DNA from: a virus
Reading direction: 5' to 3' (one strand)
UHGV virus genome: UHGV-0106422
Length of the DNA: 15,288 nucleotides
Shown here: piece after piece, positions 1-7,905 of the stretch
Position numbering within the stretch: position 1 is the first letter of the stretch
Layout of the letters: each line of letters begins with the position of its first letter
Position numbers and translations under genes: made by a program
The notes under the pieces: model-generated
Databases searched by the model: none
What the model saw: only the letters and a program-made list of their open reading frames with translations
Told to the model about the DNA's origin: nothing

Positions 1-1
1 T

Positions 2-1066
2 CGCTGGGCCGGTAAAGCGGTAAAACTCAATGTTGGTGATTATCCTGCAATGAGTATCACCCAGGCAAGAGAGCGTCGCCAACAATTCAGAAACTGGTTA
101 ACTGAGGGACTGGATCCGCGAGAGCAGGTGAAGCTGGATAAGCAGACCCGACAGGAAGCGATGTCCGTTGCCGAAGCGTTCAATTACTGGATTGAAAGGC
201 ACTGTATCGCTAACGGGCTAGTTAAAGTCGATTACTATCGCCAGGTGTTTGAGAAACATATCGCCGAACCGATGAAGAATGTCAAAGTCGATAACACAGC
301 GAAAATGCACTGGATCAACGTCTTCGATTCTATAGAAAGCAGGGTGATGGCTCATTACATGCTTTCGCTGTGCAAACGGGCGTTTAGGTTCTGCGTTAAC
401 AGAAGTGTGATCGCCTCAAACCCACTCGAGGGATTACTGCCATCTGATGTCGGGCAAAAGCCTAAAAAGAGAACTCGCAGGATGGACGATGACGATCTGC
501 GCAAAATCTATCAGTGGTTGAAAAGCCATATGTCGATAGAGTCCGTTTTCCTGGTGAAATTTATTATGCTTACCGGATGCCGTACGGCTGAGATTCGACT
601 TAGTGAGAGATCATGGTTTCGATTGGATGATAATGAGTGGGTCGTGCCTGCGGGCAGTTATAAAACTCGGGTACATATTAGAAGGGGACTCTCAGACGCC
701 GCCGTTAACCTGGTCAGAAATCACCTCAAGAAAATAAACACCAATCACCTAGTGACTTCACAACGTAAAATTGATGGCGGGATTAAAGATTCGCCCGTTC
801 ATTCACCTGTGGCATCCAATTACGCCCGTTCTATTTGGAATGGAACAGGTATGGCAGAGTGGTCGCTTCATGATATGAGGCGGACGATAGCCACAAATCT
901 CTCTGAGTTAGGTTGCCCGCCGCACGTAATTGAAAAGCTGCTCGGGCATCAGATGGTGGGGGTTATGGCGCATTACAACCTTCATGACTATATCGATGAT
1001 CAGAAACACTGGCTCCGCGTTTGGCAGAGCCATCTTGAAGAGATCATCGGAGAGCCCTTCAGTTAA
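2..1066 (+). CDS. int: Tyrosine recombinase/integrase, P4-type; 5' end truncated by window edge (frame open from position 2; first in-window ATG at 50)
   Basis: C-terminal catalytic region ([37 protein letters not shown]) matches the tyrosine-recombinase R..H..R..Y pattern; N-terminal '[18 protein letters not shown]...GLDPRE' is typical of P4-like integrases. No stop upstream in frame, so partial. Confidence 0.85.
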
Positions 1067-1260
1067 TTTATCTTCTTTTTATCCTCCCACTCTTTGATTG
1101 ACTCAGAGCGCCAGCGGTTAGGGTTGCCGGGCCAGTCAGGGGGTGGGAACGGGCATACGAAGCCCCGAGGCATTGTGTCTGCACTTTGCCATGACCAAAG
1201 GGTTTTGCGTGAAATTTTGTAGCGACTGGTCAGGTCTGACGTTACCAAAATATCATCCAT
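1063..1260 (-). CDS. xis: Excisionase / AlpA-family small DNA-binding protein (Xis-like)
   Basis: 65 aa from ATG at 1260 with GGAGAGAG RBS; the track's longer form starts at a TTG (1305). Small HTH-like protein ending ...IKEWEDKK, resembling AlpA/Xis C-termini. Convergent with int; stops overlap at the TTAA at 1063-1066. Confidence 0.6.
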
Positions 1261-1301
1261 AGCTCTCTCCAGTTGCCCGTTCGGGCCATTCAAAATCTTT
1301 T

Positions 1302-1544
1302 TCAACCAACCTGCCCGGGCAGGGAGCGGAGACGGCGCATGCCGGTCATCGCTGTGGCCACGTAGCTCGCCTTTCGGTTCACCACCTCCACCCAGACTTT
1401 CACGCCTTCAACCTTCACCGTATAAGTCTCTTTCATCTTGCTTCGCCCATAGTCGCCATATGTTTGCAAGTGAGCTGCCAGCGCGATGTCGCATGCTTGG
1501 CGAGCTAAAGGTGATTGCTTACTTCCTCGATTGATCAGTCGCAT
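1302..1544 (-). CDS. Hypothetical phage protein (80 aa)
   Basis: ORF with AAGGAG RBS upstream of ATG at 1544; lies between the recombination module and xis. No recognisable motif. Confidence 0.5.
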   Translation of the reverse strand: MRLINRGSKQSPLARQACDIALAAHLQTYGDYGRSKMKETYTVKVEGVKVWVEVVNRKASYVATAMTGMRRLRSLPGQVG

Positions 1545-1582
1545 ATAATCTCCTTGAGGGAGGGTTACCCCTCCCGGTCTCG

Positions 1583-2701
1583 TCAGGCCACGTATTCCGG
1601 TTTCATATCCGCCAGGGTGATGCTGAATTGATCGTGCAGTTCATCGCCTAAGTGACGCTTTGAAGATGCAAGCATGCGCTCGGCTTCAGCGAACCGTTCG
1701 GCTGCATGCGGCTCGTCGGGCTGGGGCAGGGATTTAATAGCCTCCTCAACCTTGTTGCGTGCATCCACTAGGTAATAACGCTTTACGGCTTTGTTTTTCA
1801 GCTCGGTGAATAGTGCGGATCCCAGCGTAGCTTTCGCCGTTTCAATGTCGGCACGCAGCGATTTGGCGCTATCCACGTCCTGAGCAGATTCGATGCGTTC
1901 GCGGAAATCATCGGCAAGAGAGTCGACATTTACCGACGATTCCTGTGCGCTTTGCGTGGTTGTGACGGTGTCACCTGAGATATCAGCCAGGCTAACGCGT
2001 TGCGGCGTTGGGTTGATCTCTTTTTCTGTGCGCTGTTCAATCTCATCAGGGGTGTACACACCAAGAACAACTGCAGGGCAATATAGGCGCGCCCAGTATT
2101 TGAGTGCCAGATAAGCGATCTGCTGTTTCGGGTTTGATACCCAAAGTGGAGAATTACGTGTGATTACGCTGGAGAGGAAAACAGGCTCTCCCCAGGTGAT
2201 ATCACTTTCACCGCGAATAACGGCACCTACCCGTACCGACAGTCCTTGTTCATCAGCACTTTCCCAACCGCGTACCATTTCTTTCTTGTCGTACGTCCCG
2301 CCACCTTTCGCAGGCTTTTTAACGGTTATCTCGCGGCTGCTGGCACATTTCGACCAGTCGCCCTCGTACTCATAGTGAAAGCGGCCAACGATGGCGTTTG
2401 AGCTGGAGATCACCGCATTAACCAGTTGCGCTTCGTATCCCAGGACACCGTTAACCAGGTGCGTCTTTTGCGCCACGGCGTAAGGGTTCATACCCCACTG
2501 CATCGCCTGCATGATGATGGCCATGCAGTCTGCCGGATTGCCGCGGAGGTGCTCAGGCACCGTTACGGCTGCCTGTGCCATCAACCCGGCGACAGACTGA
2601 AGCTGGGTTAAAGCCTGCACGTTGAAAATGGCATTGCTGGCTGAGATCGTGTTTGGAGTCTGCTGTTCAGCGGTTACGATATTCGTGTTTTCCATCATCA
2701 T
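1583..2701 (-). CDS. Single-strand annealing protein, RecT/Bet family
   Basis: N-terminal segment GNPADCMAIIMQAMQWGMNPY... resembles the conserved Bet/RecT core (lambda Bet ...ALLIVANQYGLNPW...); a later segment SPLWVSNPKQQIAYLALKYW resembles the RecT ...GPWVTHWEEMAKKTAIRRL region. AAGGGGA RBS; starts 6 bp after the exonuclease gene stop. Confidence 0.75.
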   Translation of the reverse strand: MMMENTNIVTAEQQTPNTISASNAIFNVQALTQLQSVAGLMAQAAVTVPEHLRGNPADCMAIIMQAMQWGMNPYAVAQKTHLVNGVLGYEAQLVNAVISSSNAIVGRFHYEYEGDWSKCASSREITVKKPAKGGGTYDKKEMVRGWESADEQGLSVRVGAVIRGESDITWGEPVFLSSVITRNSPLWVSNPKQQIAYLALKYWARLYCPAVVLGVYTPDEIEQRTEKEINPTPQRVSLADISGDTVTTTQSAQESSVNVDSLADDFRERIESAQDVDSAKSLRADIETAKATLGSALFTELKNKAVKRYYLVDARNKVEEAIKSLPQPDEPHAAERFAEAERMLASSKRHLGDELHDQFSITLADMKPEYVA

Positions 2702-2706
2702 TCCCC

Positions 2707-5616
2707 TTATGCCTGAGTACGCAGAGCTTCAAGGCGGCGCAGGTCGAAGTCGTTCAGTTCGTCGGTGTAGTCAGCAGTGATTGGCGCTGGCCATTCACCT
2801 GTGTCGAATCCGGTTGCGATATTGCGCATCGCTTTGCGGTACTCGAGCATACCCAGCTCCAGTAGTTCAGCGGATGCCTCGATGATGGCGATCCAGTGGT
2901 AGTTCTCGTCTTTGTTGACGAAAATCCAGAAGAACTGATCCAGCGCTGCGGTTTCGCAGTACATAGCCGCGCTCAGGTGATAATCACGTTCAATAATTTC
3001 CCGGTGTAGCCTGGCGCGCAGGCTTTCCTGCTTAACATTCCACATGCTGATGGTTTTCAGGTCTGCACCTATACGCACGCCATCCAGGTCGATCTCAAGG
3101 TCAGGGCGCACACGAACTTCCAAGCCCGTCTCCTCGTCAAAACCAAAGTAGCTCACCTCAACGGCTCGGCTAGGGTGGGTCAGCAGCATGCCGGCGGTCG
3201 GGTGTGCCAGAAGCGCTTTTTGAATATTCAGCGCGGTGCTCAGCTGCTGGCGGGTGACCAGCACTTTTCCTTCCGGGTTATCGCGCCAGGCATCCAGCAG
3301 TTCGTCGGCAAATACGTCATCTGGTTTGACTGCCTTCACGGCCTGGATCATGTCTGCTTTGGTACCGGACACTTTCAGTGGTGCCGGTTTCTGTGCTTCC
3401 TGAGCCACAAGGTCAGGGTTGATGATTGCCAACTGCTCCAGCAGCGCGTCACGGCTGCCGCTGGTTTTAACCGGCGGCGGCAGGGTGGCGTTGTACTCTT
3501 TAATGCATGCCTTCATTGCCGTCGCCGTCTGCTTCTGGTCACCATCAATACGCTGGAAGTCAGCTGGCAGCGCCATATAGTTCTGTGCCGTTTCTTCCAG
3601 GTTAGCGCCAAGCGGAACCTGCGGCGGCAGGGTGGCGTTGTACTCTTCCAGTAACACCTTGATGTCGTCGGCAGACAGCAGCGCCGGCAGGCTGGCATTG
3701 TGCTCATCGATAAAGGCGCGCAGGGTCGCGGCCGTTGTGAATGCGCCTTCAGGGATCACCGGTTCAACGCTGAATTCTGCGTCCAGTAGTTCAGGCTGCA
3801 ACGCCAGCGCATGCACCAAGTTGCCCATGTCCAGCACCGCTGAGCGCTCTTTGACGATGGTTTTCTCTACGTGGCGCGCATTGAAGTACATCAGCGAAAC
3901 GCGCGCATCTTTCACCTGGGTTGAGCTGATGCCGTTGGCGGCGTGGTAAACCTCGTTTGGCAGCCCTTCATAGCGGCCTGGCTCGAAATAAGCGGGATAA
4001 ACAACAGCTGGTTCGTCAGATTGCGCTTCTGGCTCGGTTTGTGCTGCAACTGGTTCGGTTTGGCTTACAGAATCGCTATTTTTGGCGACAGAATCCGTAT
4101 TCTGGTCTACATCGTCCTTCTGGCTGGTATCTGACTCTTCACCAGACTCCAGACTGCTTTCGCCTGGCTGTACTTCATCACCAGCTTGTTTTTCATCACT
4201 GACAGTTTCTTGAACCTGCACATTGCTGGTGGTCTCCGTAGCCTTTTTCGTGCCATGAGTTGCTGAGTTCTGCAGCAAAGCCGTAACGTCGAATATTCCG
4301 TTGCCGACATTTTTAACCAGTTCTTGTTCGACTTTCTGCGGTTGTGCTGCCGCTTCCTCTGCGCGGCGGCGTGCTCCTTCTTCACGCACGCGTTGCAGGT
4401 TCTCTTCGTGAGTGCAGAAGGATTTGCGCGGAGACTCCTTACCTTCAGGTTGGGGAATTTCCTGTGCTGCGGGTTCAGCTTCATGCAACGGCAATAACTC
4501 GACCGCGGAATTGAACGCGGCTGTCATGGTCTGGTTAACAAATTCCAGGTGAGCGACAGGAGTTAAATGAATATTTTCCGGTGCGATACGTACCAGGTTA
4601 AAAATAGCCGTGCGGTTAACACCCAGAACGCCTGGCTGATTGCGCAGGATGTTGCTCCATGATTTCCATGGTTCTTCTTTTTTGGTCACGATTTCTTTAG
4701 CGCGACGAAGAATGCTGCCCGGGATCTCGAAGTGGTTGAAGTCCATAGGCAGAAGGGCACACGCAATCTCTAAATCGAGAGTGTCCAGTGTGTGGTGTGC
4801 CTCAGGTCCACGGTCAGTGACGTAACCGCCGTCGGCATTAGTGCCGGAATCAGTACGCTGCACACTACTGATGCGATTACCGGCGGCCCATTCACGCGCC
4901 AGGATGCCACGGTCAATGTAATCAGTCGCCGCCCACATTCTGGTGAAACGGAGTACCAGCGCGAGTTCGTGACGCTTGTCCTGGCTGAACACTTTGCGAA
5001 TGGCATCGGTGTAGCGCCACAGGTCTTTGGTGTCGTAACCCTTCACTTCCGGGCAGTTCTCAGCAGCTAACAGCAAGTTCTGGACGTAACTGTTATCAGT
5101 GTCCATCTCCAGCGCGCCGATAGCTTCGTACTCTTCATGGGTTACGTGGTGGCGCAGTTCGTCGGCGGTGAACTGGGAAAGCAGTTGCTTACGAAACGGC
5201 ATCTGCACTACCGGGTAGAGGGTTGAGTCGTCGTCGTGTTCGTCCAGCGTGATGCCAGCGGTTTCTGACAGCGTTGACTCAGTAGTTATGTGACTATCAA
5301 CGGTCTGAGCCGTTTTCTCGTCAGAGTTTTCAGCTGTGACTTTTGGCAGCCAGGTGCGGTCATCGTTCTGCAGTTCGTAGCGTTCGCACCAGGTGTAATC
5401 CACTGCGCCTTCTTCCGGCAGGTCGTCATATACCGGGAAATCGGTGCGGATTGGTTTGGCATAATCTTTACCGCGGCCAGTTTCTTCAATTCCGGCTTCT
5501 TCCAGTGCCACATCGAGTTGGAGATTGGCGCGCGCTACACTTTTCGCAGTGAACCAAATCACTGCATCTTTCTTGCCAGACTTCTGACTGGCTTTTATCA
5601 GATGGAAAAATTCCAT
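2707..5616 (-). CDS. recE: Exodeoxyribonuclease VIII (RecE-like), 969 aa
   Basis: N-terminus (…DAVIWFTA…FPVYDDLPEEGAVDYTWCERYEL…GNRISSVQRTDSGTNADGGYVTDRGP) closely parallels recalled E. coli Rac RecE; the C-terminal ~300 aa carries the nuclease-type domain. Immediately upstream of, and co-oriented with, the annealing protein. Confidence 0.85.
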   Translation of the reverse strand: MEFFHLIKASQKSGKKDAVIWFTAKSVARANLQLDVALEEAGIEETGRGKDYAKPIRTDFPVYDDLPEEGAVDYTWCERYELQNDDRTWLPKVTAENSDEKTAQTVDSHITTESTLSETAGITLDEHDDDSTLYPVVQMPFRKQLLSQFTADELRHHVTHEEYEAIGALEMDTDNSYVQNLLLAAENCPEVKGYDTKDLWRYTDAIRKVFSQDKRHELALVLRFTRMWAATDYIDRGILAREWAAGNRISSVQRTDSGTNADGGYVTDRGPEAHHTLDTLDLEIACALLPMDFNHFEIPGSILRRAKEIVTKKEEPWKSWSNILRNQPGVLGVNRTAIFNLVRIAPENIHLTPVAHLEFVNQTMTAAFNSAVELLPLHEAEPAAQEIPQPEGKESPRKSFCTHEENLQRVREEGARRRAEEAAAQPQKVEQELVKNVGNGIFDVTALLQNSATHGTKKATETTSNVQVQETVSDEKQAGDEVQPGESSLESGEESDTSQKDDVDQNTDSVAKNSDSVSQTEPVAAQTEPEAQSDEPAVVYPAYFEPGRYEGLPNEVYHAANGISSTQVKDARVSLMYFNARHVEKTIVKERSAVLDMGNLVHALALQPELLDAEFSVEPVIPEGAFTTAATLRAFIDEHNASLPALLSADDIKVLLEEYNATLPPQVPLGANLEETAQNYMALPADFQRIDGDQKQTATAMKACIKEYNATLPPPVKTSGSRDALLEQLAIINPDLVAQEAQKPAPLKVSGTKADMIQAVKAVKPDDVFADELLDAWRDNPEGKVLVTRQQLSTALNIQKALLAHPTAGMLLTHPSRAVEVSYFGFDEETGLEVRVRPDLEIDLDGVRIGADLKTISMWNVKQESLRARLHREIIERDYHLSAAMYCETAALDQFFWIFVNKDENYHWIAIIEASAELLELGMLEYRKAMRNIATGFDTGEWPAPITADYTDELNDFDLRRLEALRTQA

Positions 5617-5756
5617 GTGAGATCCTCATTTTTGGGTGTTAGAATCCCCGGACCATTGATAGCGCCCATTGGGTTAACTTTGGTTTTAATGTTGTTTCCG
5701 GTGTAACTTTGGTCGGTGAGGCCGGACATGGCGGGCCCACTTCGGTGGGCTTTCGC

Positions 5757-6044
5757 TTAACTGACGGCTACGATCGCCTCATTCATAAAATCTTGCTTGT
5801 ATGTACGGTAGGTTCCCCAGCCGGCGTAATCGCTATCGCTGATTTTGAGTGCCAGCAAGCTGATCTCCTCAATGGCGCAGTGCGGGCAATCAAACTTGCC
5901 AAGCACATAGCCACCGTCGAGAATGACTGTTGTTTCACCGTTTGTAGTTGAGTGAATAACGCCTGATACTTTCTTCTCGCAGTTGAATGCAGCCACTTCT
6001 TTATTCACTGCTTTCAGGTTCATTTCGATTTTTACGATTTCCAT
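5757..6044 (-). CDS. Hypothetical early protein (95 aa) with a C..C-P-H-C motif
   Basis: Clean ORF upstream of recE in the leftward operon; no match to lambda Gam/Kil/CIII by eye. Confidence 0.5.
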   Translation of the reverse strand: MEIVKIEMNLKAVNKEVAAFNCEKKVSGVIHSTTNGETTVILDGGYVLGKFDCPHCAIEEISLLALKISDSDYAGWGTYRTYKQDFMNEAIVAVS

Positions 6045-6129
6045 AAAATCTCCAGTTGTTAAATTAAGGGTGTAAGAAGCCGCGCCAAATTAATGGCGAA
6101 TTTTTCATTTCATATTTCAGGACTGCTAT

Positions 6130-6288
6130 TTAACTTTCGTGCGCCATCTGGTCGTATTCAGCGCATTGCTTAGAGCAATATTCTTTTTCTTTCTGTGCCA
6201 GTTGCGAACCGTTGAGATAGAGCAAGGTGCTCTTTACTTCTGCGCCTTCTTCAACAGGCTTGTGGCAATAACCACATTCTTTTTTCAT
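6130..6288 (-). CDS. Small zinc-ribbon-like protein (52 aa; below the ORF-track size cut-off)
   Basis: Manual translation of the minus strand: MKKECGYCHKPVEEGAEVKSTLLYLNGSQLAQKEKEYCSKQCAEYDQMAHES; CxxC...CxxxC arrangement; AAGGACAGG upstream of the ATG; fills an otherwise empty gap in a tightly packed operon. Confidence 0.4.
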   Translation of the reverse strand: MKKECGYCHKPVEEGAEVKSTLLYLNGSQLAQKEKEYCSKQCAEYDQMAHES

Positions 6289-6321
6289 CACCTGTCCTTA
6301 AAGTGTTTTGGCAACTCTCCG

Positions 6322-6528
6322 TTAATGGCTGAGGCCATTCCCCAGACCGTTCAGATAAACTTCAACCAGCAAATCCTTGGTGTAAGTCATTTCTACGCCG
6401 CGATGCAGATACAAACGTCCGCGAGCGTTAGCTGATGCCGTCCAGGTTGAGTCTTTGTGTTTGACGAGCATCCCCGGCTGAACTGCGCCGCGGTTTACTG
6501 TCTGTGTACCGTAGTGCTGGTTTACCAT
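6322..6528 (-). CDS. Hypothetical early protein (68 aa)
   Basis: ORF with AAGAGGAAA RBS before ATG at 6528; same strand as the neighbouring small genes. Confidence 0.45.
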   Translation of the reverse strand: MVNQHYGTQTVNRGAVQPGMLVKHKDSTWTASANARGRLYLHRGVEMTYTKDLLVEVYLNGLGNGLSH

Positions 6529-6669
6529 GATTTCCTCTTGGCCTTATCGCGGCGAACGGAACGGTTAATACAAGACTTCAACGCATTTATTCAGTGTTTC
6601 AATGGGCGGTGGATGGCCGCCGGTTGTCATAAATGGGCAGACTCGAAAATCTGCCTATGTATGGCCGAT

Positions 6670-6690
6670 AAAAAACCCGCCGGAGCGGGT
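6670..6690 (-). terminator. Candidate intrinsic terminator (stem CCCGC/GCGGG followed by a U-run on the minus-strand transcript)
   Basis: Plus strand reads AAAAACCCGCCGGAGCGGG; on the minus strand this is a GC stem-loop followed by TTTTT, abutting the stop of the 6690..6932 gene. Confidence 0.45.
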
Positions 6691-6932
6691 TATTCACACT
6701 TTGCATGCCTGACCGGCTTTAATTTCCACTCGGTGGCCTTAAGCTCAATTTCCTTCCTGATTTCCTGATACGTTTTCACGGAGCCATCAGCGTTTTTATT
6801 GAACGGATTGAGCGTTTGATAAAACTTTTCCCGTCGTTTGCAGGCTTTACCGCATACGTCACACTTCCCTGATTTCTCAGCAAAAGTTGAGATCTCATCG
6901 AACCGAGTTGTTGTAATTCCACCCCATCCCAT
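6690..6932 (-). CDS. Hypothetical early protein (80 aa) with CDVCGKAC motif
   Basis: ORF with GAGGGTAAGG RBS; cysteine pair suggests a small metal-binding protein. Confidence 0.5.
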   Translation of the reverse strand: MGWGGITTTRFDEISTFAEKSGKCDVCGKACKRREKFYQTLNPFNKNADGSVKTYQEIRKEIELKATEWKLKPVRHAKCE

Positions 6933-6989
6933 CGCCTTACCCTCTGTCGTTACCCGCTGATGCGGGAGAAATGCTTTATCTATCAGCTT

Positions 6990-7202
6990 CTACAACTCAT
7001 CACGAATCTGTGAGAGTGTGCTGATCGCCTGGTAATGACCGCGACGCTGCTCTTCTGTTTTGAACGCACGCATATCGTCTTTTATCGATGCGATTGCCTT
7101 ATTCAGAACTTCCACTTGCGCTTCTTTAATCGCCTGTTTGCGTGGCTTCTGACGCTTCTTAGGAAGGTCTCTTAAACACGCCGGAATGTATGTCTGAGTC
7201 AT
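6990..7202 (-). CDS. Hypothetical basic protein (70 aa), first gene of the leftward early operon
   Basis: AAGAGGA RBS; Lys/Arg-rich N-terminal segment (PKKRQKPRKQAIKEAQ). Position and charge are compatible with an N-like antiterminator or other nucleic-acid binder, but no sequence match recognised. Confidence 0.45.
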   Translation of the reverse strand: MTQTYIPACLRDLPKKRQKPRKQAIKEAQVEVLNKAIASIKDDMRAFKTEEQRRGHYQAISTLSQIRDEL

Positions 7203-7514
7203 AAAAAATCCTCTTGTGATTCAGCCCAGCCCACTCAACTTCGAATGGACTGGAATAAATCTGTTTGCGCTTCGCACCTCTCATCCCGCCAGTGTTGCCC
7301 GTTCCCACGCCTTTATCGCTCTCGCGAGGGGGTAGCCTCACACCGACCGGTTCGCCGCCGGTGATACGCCGCATTTTGTGCGTTGGGGTCTAAACAGGAT
7401 TGCCGAGTGCTGTTCCGACTTTGCATGTTGTTAAAAAGCAGGCGACTTGCTGTCCGCCGCTGGCTAACTTCGCTCAGCTGTCGATGTTTCGTTTCGATGA
7501 GCTGATTATTAACT

Positions 7515-7591
7515 AATGGTTATTTTCAGTCAATAACCATTGGTTAATTATTTTGCCATTGGTTATTAAGGTTATGATTTATTGGTTAATT
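7515..7591. promoter_or_regulatory. Array of ATTGGTTA(A/T)T motifs, including a perfect 10-bp inverted repeat (AATGGTTATT-7 bp-AATAACCATT)
   Basis: Inverted repeat at 7515-7524 / 7532-7541, with further direct copies at about 7542-7550, 7557-7566 and 7581-7590, in an AT-rich gap upstream of the 7652 ORF. Motif differs from the TTAACT half-sites of the cI/cro operators. Confidence 0.4.
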
Positions 7592-7651
7592 TAGTTCTGT
7601 TATGGATTTGTGCAGTACGTGCTATGCTGCAAAAAACATCAGGAGGTAGCT

Positions 7652-7870
7652 ATGGAACGAGATGAACGTGCAGATGAACGAATGGCCTTCATGGCTGGAG
7701 AGGTTGGGTGCGTAGTGTTCGAGCTGGTTTATAACGGAATTGAAATCAATAAGGACAACATTGTGGGATTTCTGGAAGGGAAGCGCAAAGCCGTAGGAAA
7801 CGTGATCCATAAGGGGATGCTACGGGATGCAGCTGAGATAGTCAGGAAGGGTAGTAAAGCTGTGAAGTAG
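7652..7870 (+). CDS. Hypothetical small protein (72 aa)
   Basis: Strong AGGAGG RBS 6 nt before ATG at 7652; the track's longer 7610 start lacks an RBS. Convergent with the cI-linked cassette and sharing its terminator region. Confidence 0.5.
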   Translation: MERDERADERMAFMAGEVGCVVFELVYNGIEINKDNIVGFLEGKRKAVGNVIHKGMLRDAAEIVRKGSKAVK

Positions 7871-7874
7871 GCAC

Positions 7875-7897
7875 AAAAAACCCGGCGCGGTGGCCGG
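7875..7897 (-). terminator. Intrinsic terminator closing the cI-linked cassette (possibly bidirectional)
   Basis: Plus strand AAAAAACCCGGCGCGGTGGCCGGG: GC-rich 6-bp stem CCCGGC/GCCGGG, followed on the minus-strand transcript by UUUUUU; sits 9 bp past the stop of the 7906..8838 gene. Confidence 0.6.
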
Positions 7898-7905
7898 GTG
7901 AGATA

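Noticed and set aside
3175-5070. Multiple plus-strand ORFs (3175..3654, 3632..3949, 3957..4202, 4792..5070 and others) inside the recE region
   Set aside because: All lie antisense to or within the well-supported 969 aa RecE reading frame, lack RBSs and give low-complexity or Arg/Cys-rich translations typical of shadow ORFs.
7159-7374. 71 aa minus-strand ORF in the early-left promoter region
   Set aside because: It overlaps the 5' end of the 6990..7202 gene in another frame, has no RBS and a Gly/Arg-rich low-complexity translation; more likely non-coding leader or promoter DNA. An N-like function cannot be fully excluded.
7380-7500. Possible tRNA or small RNA gene in the 450-bp gap
   Set aside because: No cloverleaf-compatible arrangement (no convincing T-arm GTTCRA with matching acceptor stem) could be built by eye; left as an unassigned regulatory region.
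7515-7591. Possible CRISPR array or replication iterons in the ATTGGTTAAT repeat region
   Set aside because: Repeat units are only about 10 bp with short, irregular spacers and no adjacent cas genes; the true origin iterons are inside O, so these are more likely protein-binding operator or promoter elements.
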